From Guillardia theta CCMP2712 (lineage: Eukaryota; Protista; Cryptophyta), in NCBI RefSeq assembly GCF_000315625.1, contig NW_005434667.1, positions 31,906 through 95,905 on the forward strand: a stretch of DNA of 64,000 nt. The letters are read 5' to 3'. The translations under genes and the position numbers were made by a program. Position 1 is the first letter of the stretch. The number at the start of each line of letters is the position of its first letter. A model generated the notes under the pieces. It did not search any database. It had not been told where the DNA came from and was given only the letters and a program-made list of their open reading frames with translations. This document shows, in pieces, positions 1 to 11,300 of the stretch.

Positions 1-1587
1 TTGAACACCGTCGAGAGTCTCCACTTCTGAGATTTGCAGAGTGTGTTGATTTCTTGATGCGTGGGATTAGTTTTGAGCGTTCATCTAGCTGTGATGTCGG
101 ACATTTGAACCGTCAACACAGTATGCACACATGTATTATCTGTTCTATTGTGAAATAAAGTGATCTCAGTCTTGCATTCGAGGCCATGCTAAAGAGCATT
201 TCTGTATCTTCTTTCATTTAACATAAATGCAGAATGCATGCAGGGGTTGAATGATGATGAAAACATCGCTTCCCCTGTAGACCATTCCGACTCACTGTAA
301 GCTTGGGATCGACATCACAAGTGGTAGTGATCTGATTGCAGAAATCTTTATACATTCATGAGGTATCATTCTTTGCAATAATCTAATTACAATGACAACC
401 GCAAGTAGCATCAAATACATGCGCAATGGTCAGCACAATAAGCCTCACATTGGTTTCTTCGTTGTGCCTGCATAGCAGAGATACATCAAAAAGTTGCAAA
501 TAAACCTAATTATGCACAATGTATGCTTGTAGCTCTAGTAAGCCACATTGATTGCTGTAGGATTCTCATCCTGTGGTTGAAACAGACTTTCCATGTCGCC
601 ACAGCTAGTGGAGCATGTTGATCCTTGAGCATTTTGAATGCATGCTCAAGCAGAAATATGTGAAGATGTTGCTTTTGAGGATCTGAACTGCAAATACTTG
701 AATGTTTCTAGCATATTTGCAAGATTGGAGTGCATGAAAGCACCTCATTTGCAAACTGATGGTGCAGCATTGTAAACCATACTTCCTCTCTGAATCCTCA
801 TACATACGGCTCTCATGCTTGAAACAACGAATAAGGGAGCAGAAAAGGTGTATTCATCTTTTGCAATGTATTCTAAAGACATCTTCATTCCTAGACAGCT
901 TTCTCTGTCATGCAGTCATGTAAGAGAAGCGGAATTCAAAACTTTCTTTCAAAGTCAGAGACTAAGAAAAGGTCTTAGTCTATCTACATGGATACATTAG
1001 ACGATTAAATTCTCATCCACATTCAAGCAGCAATAGATTCGAAGCCTCTCACCATGATGACTTGTCGTTGCATGCGGGTGAAGGATCAAGCAGCCATCTC
1101 TTGCTTGCCCAGGGAGGGGGGATTTGGGGAAAGGAGAGTGGAGATAGCACCCTACCCCCTATTTCCCAATTTCAAACTCTTGAATCAAAGGGTAGATTTG
1201 TATTCTTTGCTAGCTACCCACCCCGCCTTTCGTAAAGGTGATGAAGGGGAACCGGGGGTATTGGCGTGGTGAGCTCCAACGGCAATCGAAATGCCTTCTT
1301 TTCCATTAGCACCCCCACGTACCGTGATACAGTGAAATGCACGGGTATGAGAGAATCTTTCGGTCCTCTACCCCTCCAGACAAAGGAAGTCACTAGGGTG
1401 GAGGCTGATTCGAGACGCCTGTCGAAACCACTTTAAAAGAATAGTACAGACTGTACCAGAGCCACTTCATCCGTACGTAGATGTGTACGATTGAAGCGCT
1501 GACTAAACAATTAAAATGAAGTGCTTCAAAAAGTAAGGCGGGGGACAGGGTACCACGCCAGTATAATTCAAATCACCCCACCCTACT

Positions 1588-2190
1588 TTATCCCTGTCTC
1601 ACTACCCCCCAGTAATAGAGCAAAAACCGGGGTAGCTGAATGGAAGTGTGTATATGAACCCCTTCCCAAGGAGAAAAAAAAAGACCAATTTTGCTAGAGC
1701 CTGCATATGGCCTTGTGAACGGCATGGTCACCTCGTTGCCTGCTGAGGCGGTGTATGTCTCGACCTTCTCCTTCTTGGCTTCTTCAATCTGCTGCATAAA
1801 CCACTCTCTGGATGCGTCACTCCATCCAGTCATCGCTTCTTGCAGAAACTCACGTCGTGCCTGCTGACATGTCGAGCGGATGGCTTCTGCGATAGCGTCG
1901 GGGGTGCATCCCTCCACAGCCTTGCAAGCCTGGGCTGTCCTGCTGTTCGGATAACGCTTCGCGAAGCTCTTCACCCTCTCGACGAGATCAGCTTCGAGGA
2001 CAGAGGCATCCACAAGTCCGCTCTGCGTGTATTGGCATGATCTCCGATACAGCAGGTTGCGAACATTTTCATCATACTGAAGAACCATACTTAGAAAGCT
2101 ATTTGAAGTATACAAACCTCTTGCTTGCAGCTTCCTTGGCGCCCTGGCGGCTTCCCCTACACCTGACGAGGAGCCATGCTGCCGAAAATA
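1588..2190 (-). CDS. Small unknown protein, repeat-A family copy 1 (YDENVRNLLYRRSCQYTQ...CTPDAIAEAIRSTC...); probable short intron near the 5' end
   Basis: ORF 1588-2115. About 110 codons are clearly homologous to ORF 4922-5344, with many conservative changes. Candidate intron GTTTGT...CTTCAG just before YDENV. Confidence 0.5.
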   Translation of the reverse strand, partial: YFRQHGSSSGVGEAARAPRKLQARGLYTSNSFLSMVLQYDENVRNLLYRRSCQYTQSGLVDASVLEADLVERVKSFAKRYPNSRTAQACKAVEGCTPDAIAEAIRSTCQQARREFLQEAMTGWSDASREWFMQQIEEAKKEKVETYTASAGNEVTMPFTRPYAGSSKIGLFFSPWEGVHIHTSIQLPRFLLYYWGVVRQG

Positions 2191-2196
2191 ACGGCG

Positions 2197-2216
2197 CCCT
2201 AAACCCTAAACCCTAA
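2197..2216. repeat. Interstitial telomeric tract (CCCTAAA)~3
   Basis: ccctaaaccctaaaccctaa; supplies the last codons (LGFRV) and the stop of the ORF ending at 2199. Confidence 0.9.
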
Positions 2217-3884
2217 GTTCCTTTGCCTCACAACCTCATACACGTGGAGTAGGACGTGCGCTGGGTCGAGCGTAAACCCTGCTTTATCTGTTCCCGCGGG
2301 GAGAGTCTGTGATTGTTTCTTCGTATGCCTCTCCATCGCGATGTTTTCCAGACCCTTCATGCTGATGTGGTAGAGCTCCTCCTTAATGGACTTGAAGGTG
2401 TTGTTGAGCCGAATGATCTGCGATCGGATGGACACGAGGAGCCGGTATCGCGCCCTCGCGGAGTTGTTGCCCCGCGCTCGCCTTGGCCTGGTCGCATCGG
2501 AGGTCGACTTCAGTTTCCCGAGAAAGATGCCATCAGGATCCTCCAGCCCCAATTGGAAGCGGGCTGAAACGATGGGGTTGGCATGGTTGGTGCGGTTCTT
2601 GATTGTGTCGATGACGTGTCTCATGGCCTTCGCTTGTTTTGCGGATTCGTTGGGTTTGTTCTGGATCTTCACGCGCTCTATCATGCCCTCGACCGCTGAG
2701 AGGAGGGCGTGGATGGCCTTTCCTATGTTCTCCTCCTTCTCCTTCACATGTCGGATGCTCAGAGTGTAGGAACGGAGCATATCGTTCACCCGCTTGTCGT
2801 TTTCGACGCTCATTTTGTTCCCGTTGACTGCAAACTCGTGGTAGACCGACTTGATGATGTGGTACATCGTTGCGGCACCGGAGAAACCGTACAGCGTGGC
2901 GATGCTGTCCATCACCTTGTTGTAGATCTCGGACATCTGTAGCAGCGCCGGTAGGGTTTCGTTGATCTGGAAGTCGCGCAGGATGATCAGCTTCTCGTTG
3001 AGTATGCGATTCCTTGCGAGGCGGATCCTATCATTGGTCTTTCCCACAAGCTCCATCAGGGTCTTTTCAGTGTTCAAGACTCCGGGTAATGGATCGATGT
3101 CGGGCATGATGAGTTCGTTCATCGAGAACGTGTATCCCTCCTCAATGTCGATCGTGTCTTTCATCCGGTCTATCGCGCGCCTGATGTTCTTTGATTTGAG
3201 GAACATGAGGAAGAGGCTGCCGTAGTAATACTGGATTGTTTTCTTTTTGTCGTCTAACTTGGTAGTCACCTCGCGCCTGATGGTGGGAAGAAGAATGTGG
3301 TTGATCGAATCTATTGTGCTCAGGCGACCCGCCACTATAGCGGCGATTGCTTCTCTGAGGAAATCGACGTTGCCTGTCCCATCATCGTCAATCGTATATC
3401 TATCGGAATGGGTGCCTGCTTTGATACGATTCAGCTGTTGTTGTCGGAATAGCATATATGCCCTGGAAAAATCATCCTTTAGATCTGTCTCATCCTTGGT
3501 TGTGTCACCATAGAACGGGTTCATCAGCTGGTGACTGGGTAAATTTTCTGAATGAACGTAATAGCTTATCAGCTTGTTGTATATGGTTCTGATGTCCCAT
3601 ATTGCATACTTCATGCTTGTATGGAGCCTTTGTATCGCAGCCTTAAAAAGAACGAAGGTCTTTACAACGATCTCGGGTAGATACCCATTGATCTCTGTAT
3701 CTATTTGATCCAGTGTTCGACTCAACACATCGTGCGCGGTCGTAGCTCTTGCCATCGTGAAGATCATGGCTTCGGGTTTGAATAATTGCAGTATGTTCCT
3801 TTCGGGCTCATTAAACAACCAGTCTTCCGCATATGATATATTATTCATTTTATCGATGAACTCATCAAATTGTAAATTTGTCAT
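2199..3884 (-). CDS. Intronless orphan protein (~560 aa, predicted largely helical/coiled)
   Basis: Uninterrupted 575-codon frame; first ATG at 3884 (MTNLQF). No family motif recognised. Confidence 0.6.
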   Translation of the reverse strand: MTNLQFDEFIDKMNNISYAEDWLFNEPERNILQLFKPEAMIFTMARATTAHDVLSRTLDQIDTEINGYLPEIVVKTFVLFKAAIQRLHTSMKYAIWDIRTIYNKLISYYVHSENLPSHQLMNPFYGDTTKDETDLKDDFSRAYMLFRQQQLNRIKAGTHSDRYTIDDDGTGNVDFLREAIAAIVAGRLSTIDSINHILLPTIRREVTTKLDDKKKTIQYYYGSLFLMFLKSKNIRRAIDRMKDTIDIEEGYTFSMNELIMPDIDPLPGVLNTEKTLMELVGKTNDRIRLARNRILNEKLIILRDFQINETLPALLQMSEIYNKVMDSIATLYGFSGAATMYHIIKSVYHEFAVNGNKMSVENDKRVNDMLRSYTLSIRHVKEKEENIGKAIHALLSAVEGMIERVKIQNKPNESAKQAKAMRHVIDTIKNRTNHANPIVSARFQLGLEDPDGIFLGKLKSTSDATRPRRARGNNSARARYRLLVSIRSQIIRLNNTFKSIKEELYHISMKGLENIAMERHTKKQSQTLPAGTDKAGFTLDPAHVLLHVYEVVRQRNLGFRV

Positions 3885-4260
3885 GCCAGGTCTGATATCT
3901 GTGAAAATCAGGTGATCTGTAACCACGTAGAATGTATTCCGATGACATACTGATTGGAATTCTATCAGGGATCGCCAAATTGAGAAGATCCGGGTTTGGA
4001 TGAGTCATGAGATCGGGTACGAATATGAATTCGCGCAATGTCCATTTGACCATCTTCTTCCAAAGCTGCATATGTCTTTCATTGTTTATCTTTTCGTACC
4101 ATTCCTTGATCATTTGAACGGTTTTGTGATGATACTTGAATTTGGGAATGGTGGTGTCGATGTCAGGGTCATATTTGTCGACCTCGAATAGCATGAATTG
4201 GTTGCGTGTGTATATCGCAGTGTACCTTTCATAGCAAATGTATATCATTTCGTCGCTCAT
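3865..4260 (-). CDS. Intronless orphan protein (~131 aa, MSDEMIYICYERY...)
   Basis: ATG at 4260 overlaps the TGA of the upstream ORF (ATGA); its 3' end overlaps the next ORF. Confidence 0.45.
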   Translation of the reverse strand: MSDEMIYICYERYTAIYTRNQFMLFEVDKYDPDIDTTIPKFKYHHKTVQMIKEWYEKINNERHMQLWKKMVKWTLREFIFVPDLMTHPNPDLLNLAIPDRIPISMSSEYILRGYRSPDFHRYQTWHDKFTI

Positions 4261-4925
4261 GATCCTTCTGCGTAATAGAAATTTTGACCCGATTTTGGCA
4301 TGTTCCATTCACCGTACTTTTCCTGCAGAGACAACAAGAAATCCTTCAATACGGTGTTGGTCTCGTATATTTTGAGCATCTCTTGGTAGAACACATCGTT
4401 CATCTTGATGATCCTGACTCTTTTGGCCTCGAATTTCTTTTCATCGGGTGTCAACCTAGACCATTCATCATCGCTCAAGAATGATCTTGGTTCAATAGGG
4501 AATTCGTTTCGTTGCCTATCATATTCTGCTTGATTTATTGCGTCCTCGTCACGTTCTTGTTCAGTTTTGTACGAATCATCTTCATCCGGGGATGAACGTT
4601 TGACGTTTGGCTTGTCATCATTCTTGGTTTGTTCTAATCTTCGCATTATTTCCATGTGTCTCTTGCGACCTCCAGATTGATCGTACTCATTCAATTCACG
4701 ATATAGATCCTCTTGTTTTCTGCTCAATACACTCATCTTTGATTGCAATGTGTAAACCTTTTTGATTATATCACTTGGCCTTTCGGGTAGGAGTTCGACA
4801 AACGCTTTCTCGTGTAGGAGGTCGGCGAGTGTATGTTTTACATCCGGGAGCCATTTCCTCTCCGCCCCGTACGTCATAACGGACCGTCGGGAACGTATTG
4901 TACACACTGGGGTATTGCGCATCAT
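4257..4925 (-). CDS. Intronless orphan charged/coiled-coil protein (222 aa)
   Basis: Open frame with protein-like composition; ATG at 4925 overlaps the TGA of repeat-A copy 2 (ATGA). Confidence 0.5.
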   Translation of the reverse strand: MMRNTPVCTIRSRRSVMTYGAERKWLPDVKHTLADLLHEKAFVELLPERPSDIIKKVYTLQSKMSVLSRKQEDLYRELNEYDQSGGRKRHMEIMRRLEQTKNDDKPNVKRSSPDEDDSYKTEQERDEDAINQAEYDRQRNEFPIEPRSFLSDDEWSRLTPDEKKFEAKRVRIIKMNDVFYQEMLKIYETNTVLKDFLLSLQEKYGEWNMPKSGQNFYYAEGS

Positions 4926-5435
4926 CCGTGCTCATGCCAGTCGGCGCGCCCAGATCCCTGCGATCGGGCGTGTCTGGGGCCTGCGGCGCGCCCTCGCCCG
5001 CCGATGTATGTCTCGACATTCTGCTTCTTGGCCTCCTCCATCTGTTGTATAAACCATGCTCTCGACTCTGAGCTCCATTCCCTCAGAGAGTCTTCAAACA
5101 GGTCGCGTCTCGCCTGCCGACATGTTGAGCGGATGGCTTCAGCGATAGCGTCGGGGGTGCATCCCCCCTCAGCTCTGCAAGCATGAGCTGTCCTACTACC
5201 AGGATACCGCTTCGCGAAGTTCTTCACCCTCTCGACGAGGTCGGCGGCCTCTTCGACGTGGCCTCCAGAGCGCTCGCCCTGCGTGTATTGGCATGATCTC
5301 CGATACAGCAGGTTGCGAACGCTCTCATCATACTGTAGTACCATGCTTAGAAAGCTGTTTGAACTATACGAACCTCTTGCTCGCAGCTTCCTCCGGTCCC
5401 CTTGCGCTCTCCCTACGCGCCGCAGAGCAGCATGC
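4922..5435 (-). CDS. Small unknown protein, repeat-A family copy 2
   Basis: Paralogous to copy 1 (homology ~5005-5435 vs ~1753-2190), with the same candidate intron position. Confidence 0.5.
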
Positions 5436-5925
5436 CTCTGTCAGGGGCCCGGTGCCTCTGTCAGGGGCCCGGTCCGGGTGCCTCTGTCAGGGGCCCGGTC
5501 TGCCTCTGTCAGGGGCCCGGTGCCTCTGTCAGGGGCCCGGTGCCTCTGTCAGGGGCCCGGTGCCTCTGTCAGGGGCCCGGTGCCTCTGTCAGGGGCCCGG
5601 TGCCTCTGTCAGGGGCCCGGTGCCTCTGTCAGGGGCCCGGTGCCTCTGTCAGGGGCCCGGTGCCTCTGTCAGGGGCCCGGTGCCTCTGTCAGGGGCCCGG
5701 TCTGCCTCTGTCAGGGGCCCGGTGCCTCTGTCAGGGGCCCGGTGCCTCTGTCAGGGGCCCGGTGCCTCTGTCAGGGGCCCGGTCTGCCTCTGTCAGGGGC
5801 CCGGTGCCTCTGTCAGGGGCCCGGTGCCTCTGTCAGGGGCCCGGTGCCTCTGTCAGGGGCCCGGTGCCTCTGTCAGGGGCCCGGTGCCTCTGTCAGGGGC
5901 CCGGTGCCTCTGTCAGGGGCCCGGT
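5432..5925. repeat. 20-bp minisatellite (TGCCTCTGTCAGGGGCCCGG) x~24
   Basis: Head-to-tail, near-perfect units with a few 2-6 nt insertions; no spacers. Confidence 0.97.
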
Positions 5926-5945
5926 CCTAAACCCTAAACCCTAAA
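5926..5945. repeat. Interstitial telomeric tract (CCCTAAA)~3
   Basis: cctaaaccctaaaccctaaa, directly abutting the minisatellite. Confidence 0.9.
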
Positions 5946-6297
5946 TCCCTATCGTTTCTTTTTTTCCGATCTGTAAAACTTGTATTCCTTTTTGGAGATT
6001 CTGCTCTTCCAACATGTCAGCGCGGCGGCAGAGCAGGGGGGAGGGACGAGGGAGAAGGTCCGCATGTACTAGCGTCACAAGGCGAAGATCACTCTTACCC
6101 TTTTTCCCCTCCCCTGCACCTTTCGTCATGAACACTCGGTAGCATCCCATTTCTTTCTTGATCAAGCACAAATTGACTGCATCCATTGACATTGTGAGAG
6201 AGTACCCATCTTGCATCTTTGTTGGGCCTGGTAGCTCCTCCTCCCCCCTAGTCTCCTTGTCGTTCTTCGAGGTTGGCGCTGTGTGCATTGCTTGTGG

Positions 6298-6331
6298 CCT
6301 AAACCCTAAACCCTAAACCCTAAACCCTAAA
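6298..6331. repeat. Interstitial telomeric tract (CCCTAAA)~5
   Basis: Read directly from the sequence. Confidence 0.92.
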
Positions 6332-6449
6332 CACTGATCCCCATATACCCTGGGACAAAGTCATTTAGCGCGGCCTGAGTATAAGGGGATGTGTCTAAAT
6401 TGATCGGTTGTTGATCATTCCACTAAGTCCTAATACGCTGCGGGAAGCC

Positions 6450-6587
6450 GGTGCCTCGGGAAGGGGCCCGGTGCCTCGGGAAGGGGCCTGGCTAAACCCT
6501 AAACCCTCAAAGCATGCCTCGGGACTCAAAAAAGCCGGCCTGCAGTGCCTCGGGAAAAGCCGGCCACCTAACTAAACCCTAAACCCT
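6450..6587. repeat. Variant minisatellite units (GGTGCCTCGGGAAGGGGCCC) alternating with short telomeric tracts (6492-6507, 6572-6587)
   Basis: Units match the 5432 array except for the central 4 nt (GGGA vs TGTC); each cluster is followed by CTAAACCCTAAACCCT. Confidence 0.8.
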
Positions 6588-8339
6588 TCACGGCATATAC
6601 AATACTTTTATACCACCCGTTCTCTTCACATGAAAATGCTGGGTTGCCCTCTTATTGTGAAACGGAACGGTTCATTTAGAACGGGTAGTATCTACTGAAT
6701 TATGACCGGTTGTGAATTTAAAACATAGATCTTAACCCCTTTCTGCAGATTAACTAAAGTGGGCGCGGTGCGTTCAGAAGGACATCAATAATAAACCAAT
6801 ACTACTACTACTACTCCTACTACTATACTCTAAAACCCTAGACCAAAAATGTCCTGCTGCTGGGAACCCTGCAGATCGCAATCTCCTGTACCCCCCGCCT
6901 TTTACTCTCAAATGACCCACCCTCCTATGGTACTTGGGGTGGGATTCCCACCACATGCCGCCATGCCGCTACAGTGGTGAATCTCTGATCCCCCTCCCCC
7001 CCCCCTCCCACTTTCTCCTTGTTGCACAAGGGGGGAAGCAGATCAACGGGATTTATGGCCGAGGAGGTCACCATCGCGACCTCCGGTCAGCTTTCTGCAA
7101 TCTGAATCAACGTCGAAGGAACATGGAAGCTCAGCTGGCTCAGGAGGAGCTGATCCTTGCAGTGCTGCAAAACTCCAGGAGAGAGATCCCCTCATACTGA
7201 AACTTCTCCGTGACATCCACTGATGGACTTGGTACTTACCCAAATGGACTTTGTAAAATATCATATCTAGTAATCCCAATCAATAAATTAATATCAATGC
7301 AATCTCTTCTACTCCTTGATGAGCTCATCCTGCAGCTTCAACGTCAGCGAATGCAAATGCTGCCGGACCAAATCACCTCCTCCTCGGANNNNNNNNNNNN
7401 NNNNNNNNNNNNNNNNNNNNNNNNNNNNNNNNNNNNNNNNNNNNNNNNNNNNNNNNNNNNNNNNNNNNNNNNNNNNNNNNNNNNNNNNNNNNNNNNNNNN
7501 NNNNNNNNNNNNNNNNNNNNNNNNNNNNNNNNNNNNNNNNNNNNNNNNNNNNNNNNNNNNNNNNNNNNNNNNNNNNNNNNNNNNNNNNNNNNNNNNNNNN
7601 NNNNNNNNNNNNNNNNNNNNNNNNNNNNNNNNNNNNNNNNNNNNNNNNNNNNNNNNNNNNNNNNNNNNNNNNNNNNNNNNNNNNNNNNNNNNNNNNNNNN
7701 NNNNNNNNNNNNNNNNNNNNNNNNNNNNNNNNNNNNNNNNNNNNNNNNNNNNNNNNNNNNNNNNNNNNNNNNNNNNNNNNNNNNNNNNNNNNNNNNNNNN
7801 NNNNNNNNNNNNNNNNNNNNNNNNNNNNNNNNNNNNNNNNNNNNNNNNNNNNNNNNNNNNNNNNNNNNNNNNNNNNNNNNNNNNNNNNNNNNNNNNNNNN
7901 NNNNNNNNNNNNNNNNNNNNNNNNNNNNNNNNNNNNNNNNNNNNNNNNNNNNNNNNNNNNNNNNNNNNNNNNNNNNNNNNNNNNNNNNNNNNNNNNNNNN
8001 NNNNNNNNNNNNNNNNNNNNNNNNNNNNNNNNNNNNNNNNNNNNNNNNNNNNNNNNNNNNNNNNNNNNNNNNNNNNNNNNNNNNNNNNNNNNNNNNNNNN
8101 NNNNNNNNNNNNNNNNNNNNNNNNNNNNNNNNNNNNNNNNNNNNNNNNNNNNNNNNNNNNNNNNNNNNNNNNNNACCCCTCCCTCCTCCTCCTCCTCCTC
8201 CTCCTCCTCTTCCTCCTTCTCCTCTTCCTCCTCCTTAGAAGCGTTCCCGTTATACGCCTGCTCATTCACTTCTTGATATTCCTTCGTCTGGTCTGACTGT
8301 CTTTTTCCTGCTGGCAGGTTCTGCAACAAACGCATCGAT

Positions 8340-11300
8340 ATGAAAACGAGAATGTGTCACCGTGTCCTCTGCATGCTGTCATGCGTACTGCTGAATATCT
8401 CATGCTTATCAAGTGCTTCTTCTCTGCTATCTCCTCCTACCTACTCCTCACGCCTCCAGGAGCTACAAGGTAAGATTGCTCAAGAAAAGGATATCATCCA
8501 AGAGCATCAGCACTACAGATCAGCCCAAGGGCGACAGAGAAGTGAATCTCATCGTTCCAGAGCACTGTTTCCTTCCTCTCGTGGACGACCTGCTCCGAGA
8601 AGTCAGCGAAGGACCCACGCGTCGGTGCGGTCTGCTTCTGAGCCCAACAAGGCCGCGAGTTCCCTCTCCCTTCTCGTCGACAACATCCCGGTACGCGATT
8701 CAACCCTCGGAGGGGTTGACAGTCCAAGACATATTTGACTTACCTTGCAGACTGCTACGGACCAGCTGGAGAGACTCGGCGACGATCTCGCAAGCATCAC
8801 CTACAATGGAAGGCAATACGCTGCCTTAGATGGAGCCCAATATCAAATGGCGCAGACCAATACAATGGCAGACTGCCAGACCACGGCGATGAGGCTGCCG
8901 CTGGGCTGGGCCATCGCCCCTGAGGACTCAGACTCCATATCTGTCGTGAGCTACTACAGCTGGGGTACTCAGTACATGGTGCTTGCAAGTGGCACAGCAT
9001 ACCAAACAAACTGTTATTGGTGTCCACACAGCAGCTCTGCTCTGCGTAGTGCAAATGGATTGTACTGGCCTGCATCCTGCAACATGAGAATCCTGATCGT
9101 GTACGCTGGCTGTCCTAAGGGAGAATCCAGGAGGGGTTGCTCCACCTTGTTCCTTGACGGAGCTGAAACGCAAGAAGCGCTAGCACATTTCTACGGGCCC
9201 CAGAGCACATCTCTCCTCAACTTCTCCTTCCTGGCTCATGAAAAACTCAACTGGACAACCATTCTACCGCCGACATCCGTCGATGATGACAGCTGGAAAC
9301 TCCCAGATCTCAACTTCTCCTTCTGCCTGCAAGGACGCGACTACGCATCATCGCTGTACGTCTCATCGAATGGATACGTGACTTTCGGTGGGCCATCCTC
9401 GCTCTCTTCGTCACTCTCAGCCTCCAGACCTCCCCTTCCGACTCTCTTTGTGGGGGGAGGGGATGCATCAGCCCAGTACATCGTAGGAAGCCCGGTCGAG
9501 GAGATGGATGTTCAAGCTTATGTGCTGAGATTCGAAGGAACCTCGTCCACTAGGGGCGTCCCAGGGCAGCCGAATCTCATCTTCGAGGTCACTTTCTTTG
9601 CAAACAACTCTTTGCGGGTAGCTGTTGGCAAAAAGGTCGAACAGTTCTCATCATTGTACATCATGTCTGATGGGAAAGGATCAACGCTCGCCAGCTTCAA
9701 CATGCCGGCGACCCAGTCACGACTTCTTGTTTCAAACGCTCCTTCTCCAGAATCGCTGATCAACATTCCATGTCAAGTCTGCAACAACTCTATCCCTGCA
9801 AACTCCTCCTACTCTCCATTTTATGGAGGGTCCACCGTCGCATGCGCTTGGATCTGTCAGCCAGGATTTTACAAGCAAAGTGACGCCTGCGTGCAGTGTG
9901 ATGGGAGTCCGAATCACGCTAGCTATGTGAACGATCAATGCGGATGGGTCTGCAATGTCGGATTCTACAAATCTGGGAGCAGCTGCTTGCCTTGTACAAG
10001 CAGGTCAGGAGACGCCATCTACACAACAGGAGGGCTCAGAGAAGACGTTGACAGCTGTGCTTGGCAGACGGTCGTGCAGGAAGGAGGTTTCACGTACTCA
10101 ACGCTAGGTGGGTACGGCCCCAACTCGCACTATTCCTGGTTCTCGTGCGTGTCTGACTACCAACAGTATCTGGGGCTGCCTGATGGATGGTCGATTGCAC
10201 CCGACAACGACATCAGCGTTAGAGTGACAGCTGGGTATGAGTGGGGGGCAGCCCGCCTCGTCGTTGCCAGTGGCTCCAGCTATTTCACTCGCAGTGTTCT
10301 CTCCTATGGCGACTCCTACATGTACTACTTCAGCTACTACCCTGGATCATACTGGGGGGGCTCATCTCTGTCCACATACGATGATATCCATTACCGCTCG
10401 ACAGACTGTGAAGCTCGAGTGCTTCTACTTGCTCCAGTCTGCGCAGCTGGGTACAAGCGGAGCTCGTCCACAGGCTCTGAACTAGCTTCGAACTCTTCGT
10501 CATGCGTCCCTTGCACAAACATGCTTCCATCAGGAGCCCAGTACGTCTTGTCCCCTTATCCGGAGCAGCCTGACAGCTGTGGATGGAGCTGTGCAGAAGG
10601 TTACTACTCAACAGGCTCCACATGCGCGCAATGTACAAAGAAACCTGCAAACTCTGTGTATGTTGGTTCAGGCGTCCCTGCAAAGGCAATCAGCTGCCCA
10701 TGGGCATGCCTGTCAGGATACCTTGAGGTTGATGGCCAGCGATGCGAGCCATGCAAGGCGTCACTTCCTGTCAACGCTCATTGGGAGGGTCCAACTTGTT
10801 CATGGGTTTGTGACTTTGGGTATCGACAGGATCCTGCAGGAGATTGTGAGGACATTACAGTCGAAAATCTTGGCCAGCGATACGCAAGCTTGGATGGCAG
10901 GAGCCCCTACGACACCAGTGTATGTGTTTGGCAGGCCGCTCGGGAGTTGCCAGCTGGCTGGAAGATTGCCCCCAACACAGCTGAGAGCATCGACGTTGCT
11001 ACAACTTATCTGTGGGGAGCAGACAGAGTCATTCTTGAGGATGGCACCGCTTGGTATACCGTATATGGAGGCTTATACACCTGGGGTGAGCTGTACAGCT
11101 TTGACGGCTTCTACAGATCTCGCGACTATTGCGGTACCATCCTGCTGGTGCAAGAATCTTGCCTTGCTGGGTATTGGCGAGGTGGCAACAACTCTCAGTG
11201 CACGGCATGTAGCAGTTACAAGCCAGCGCACACGATCTACAACAGTAGTGGGCATCCTTCAAACGAAGACAACTGTGGATGGCGATGTGAGGATGGGTAC

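Noticed and set aside
1-1100. Possible minus-strand multi-exon gene
   Set aside because: Only short ORFs with no recognisable motif; cannot be supported.
2199-3926. Fanzor/TnpB or transposase
   Set aside because: No RuvC, DDE, HUH or zinc-finger motifs recognisable by eye; a profile search is still warranted.
1753-5435. LTR pair of a retrotransposon
   Set aside because: The repeats are diverged and protein-coding, lack obvious TG...CA ends, and enclose no gag/RT/integrase motifs.
5432-5925. CRISPR array
   Set aside because: Units are contiguous with no unique spacers; no cas genes; eukaryotic context.
5283-5944. 180-215 aa ORFs in three frames
   Set aside because: Translation artefacts of a stop-free 20-bp repeat.
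7210-8335. Long ORFs spanning X runs (also 61651-62776)
   Set aside because: Assembly N gaps.
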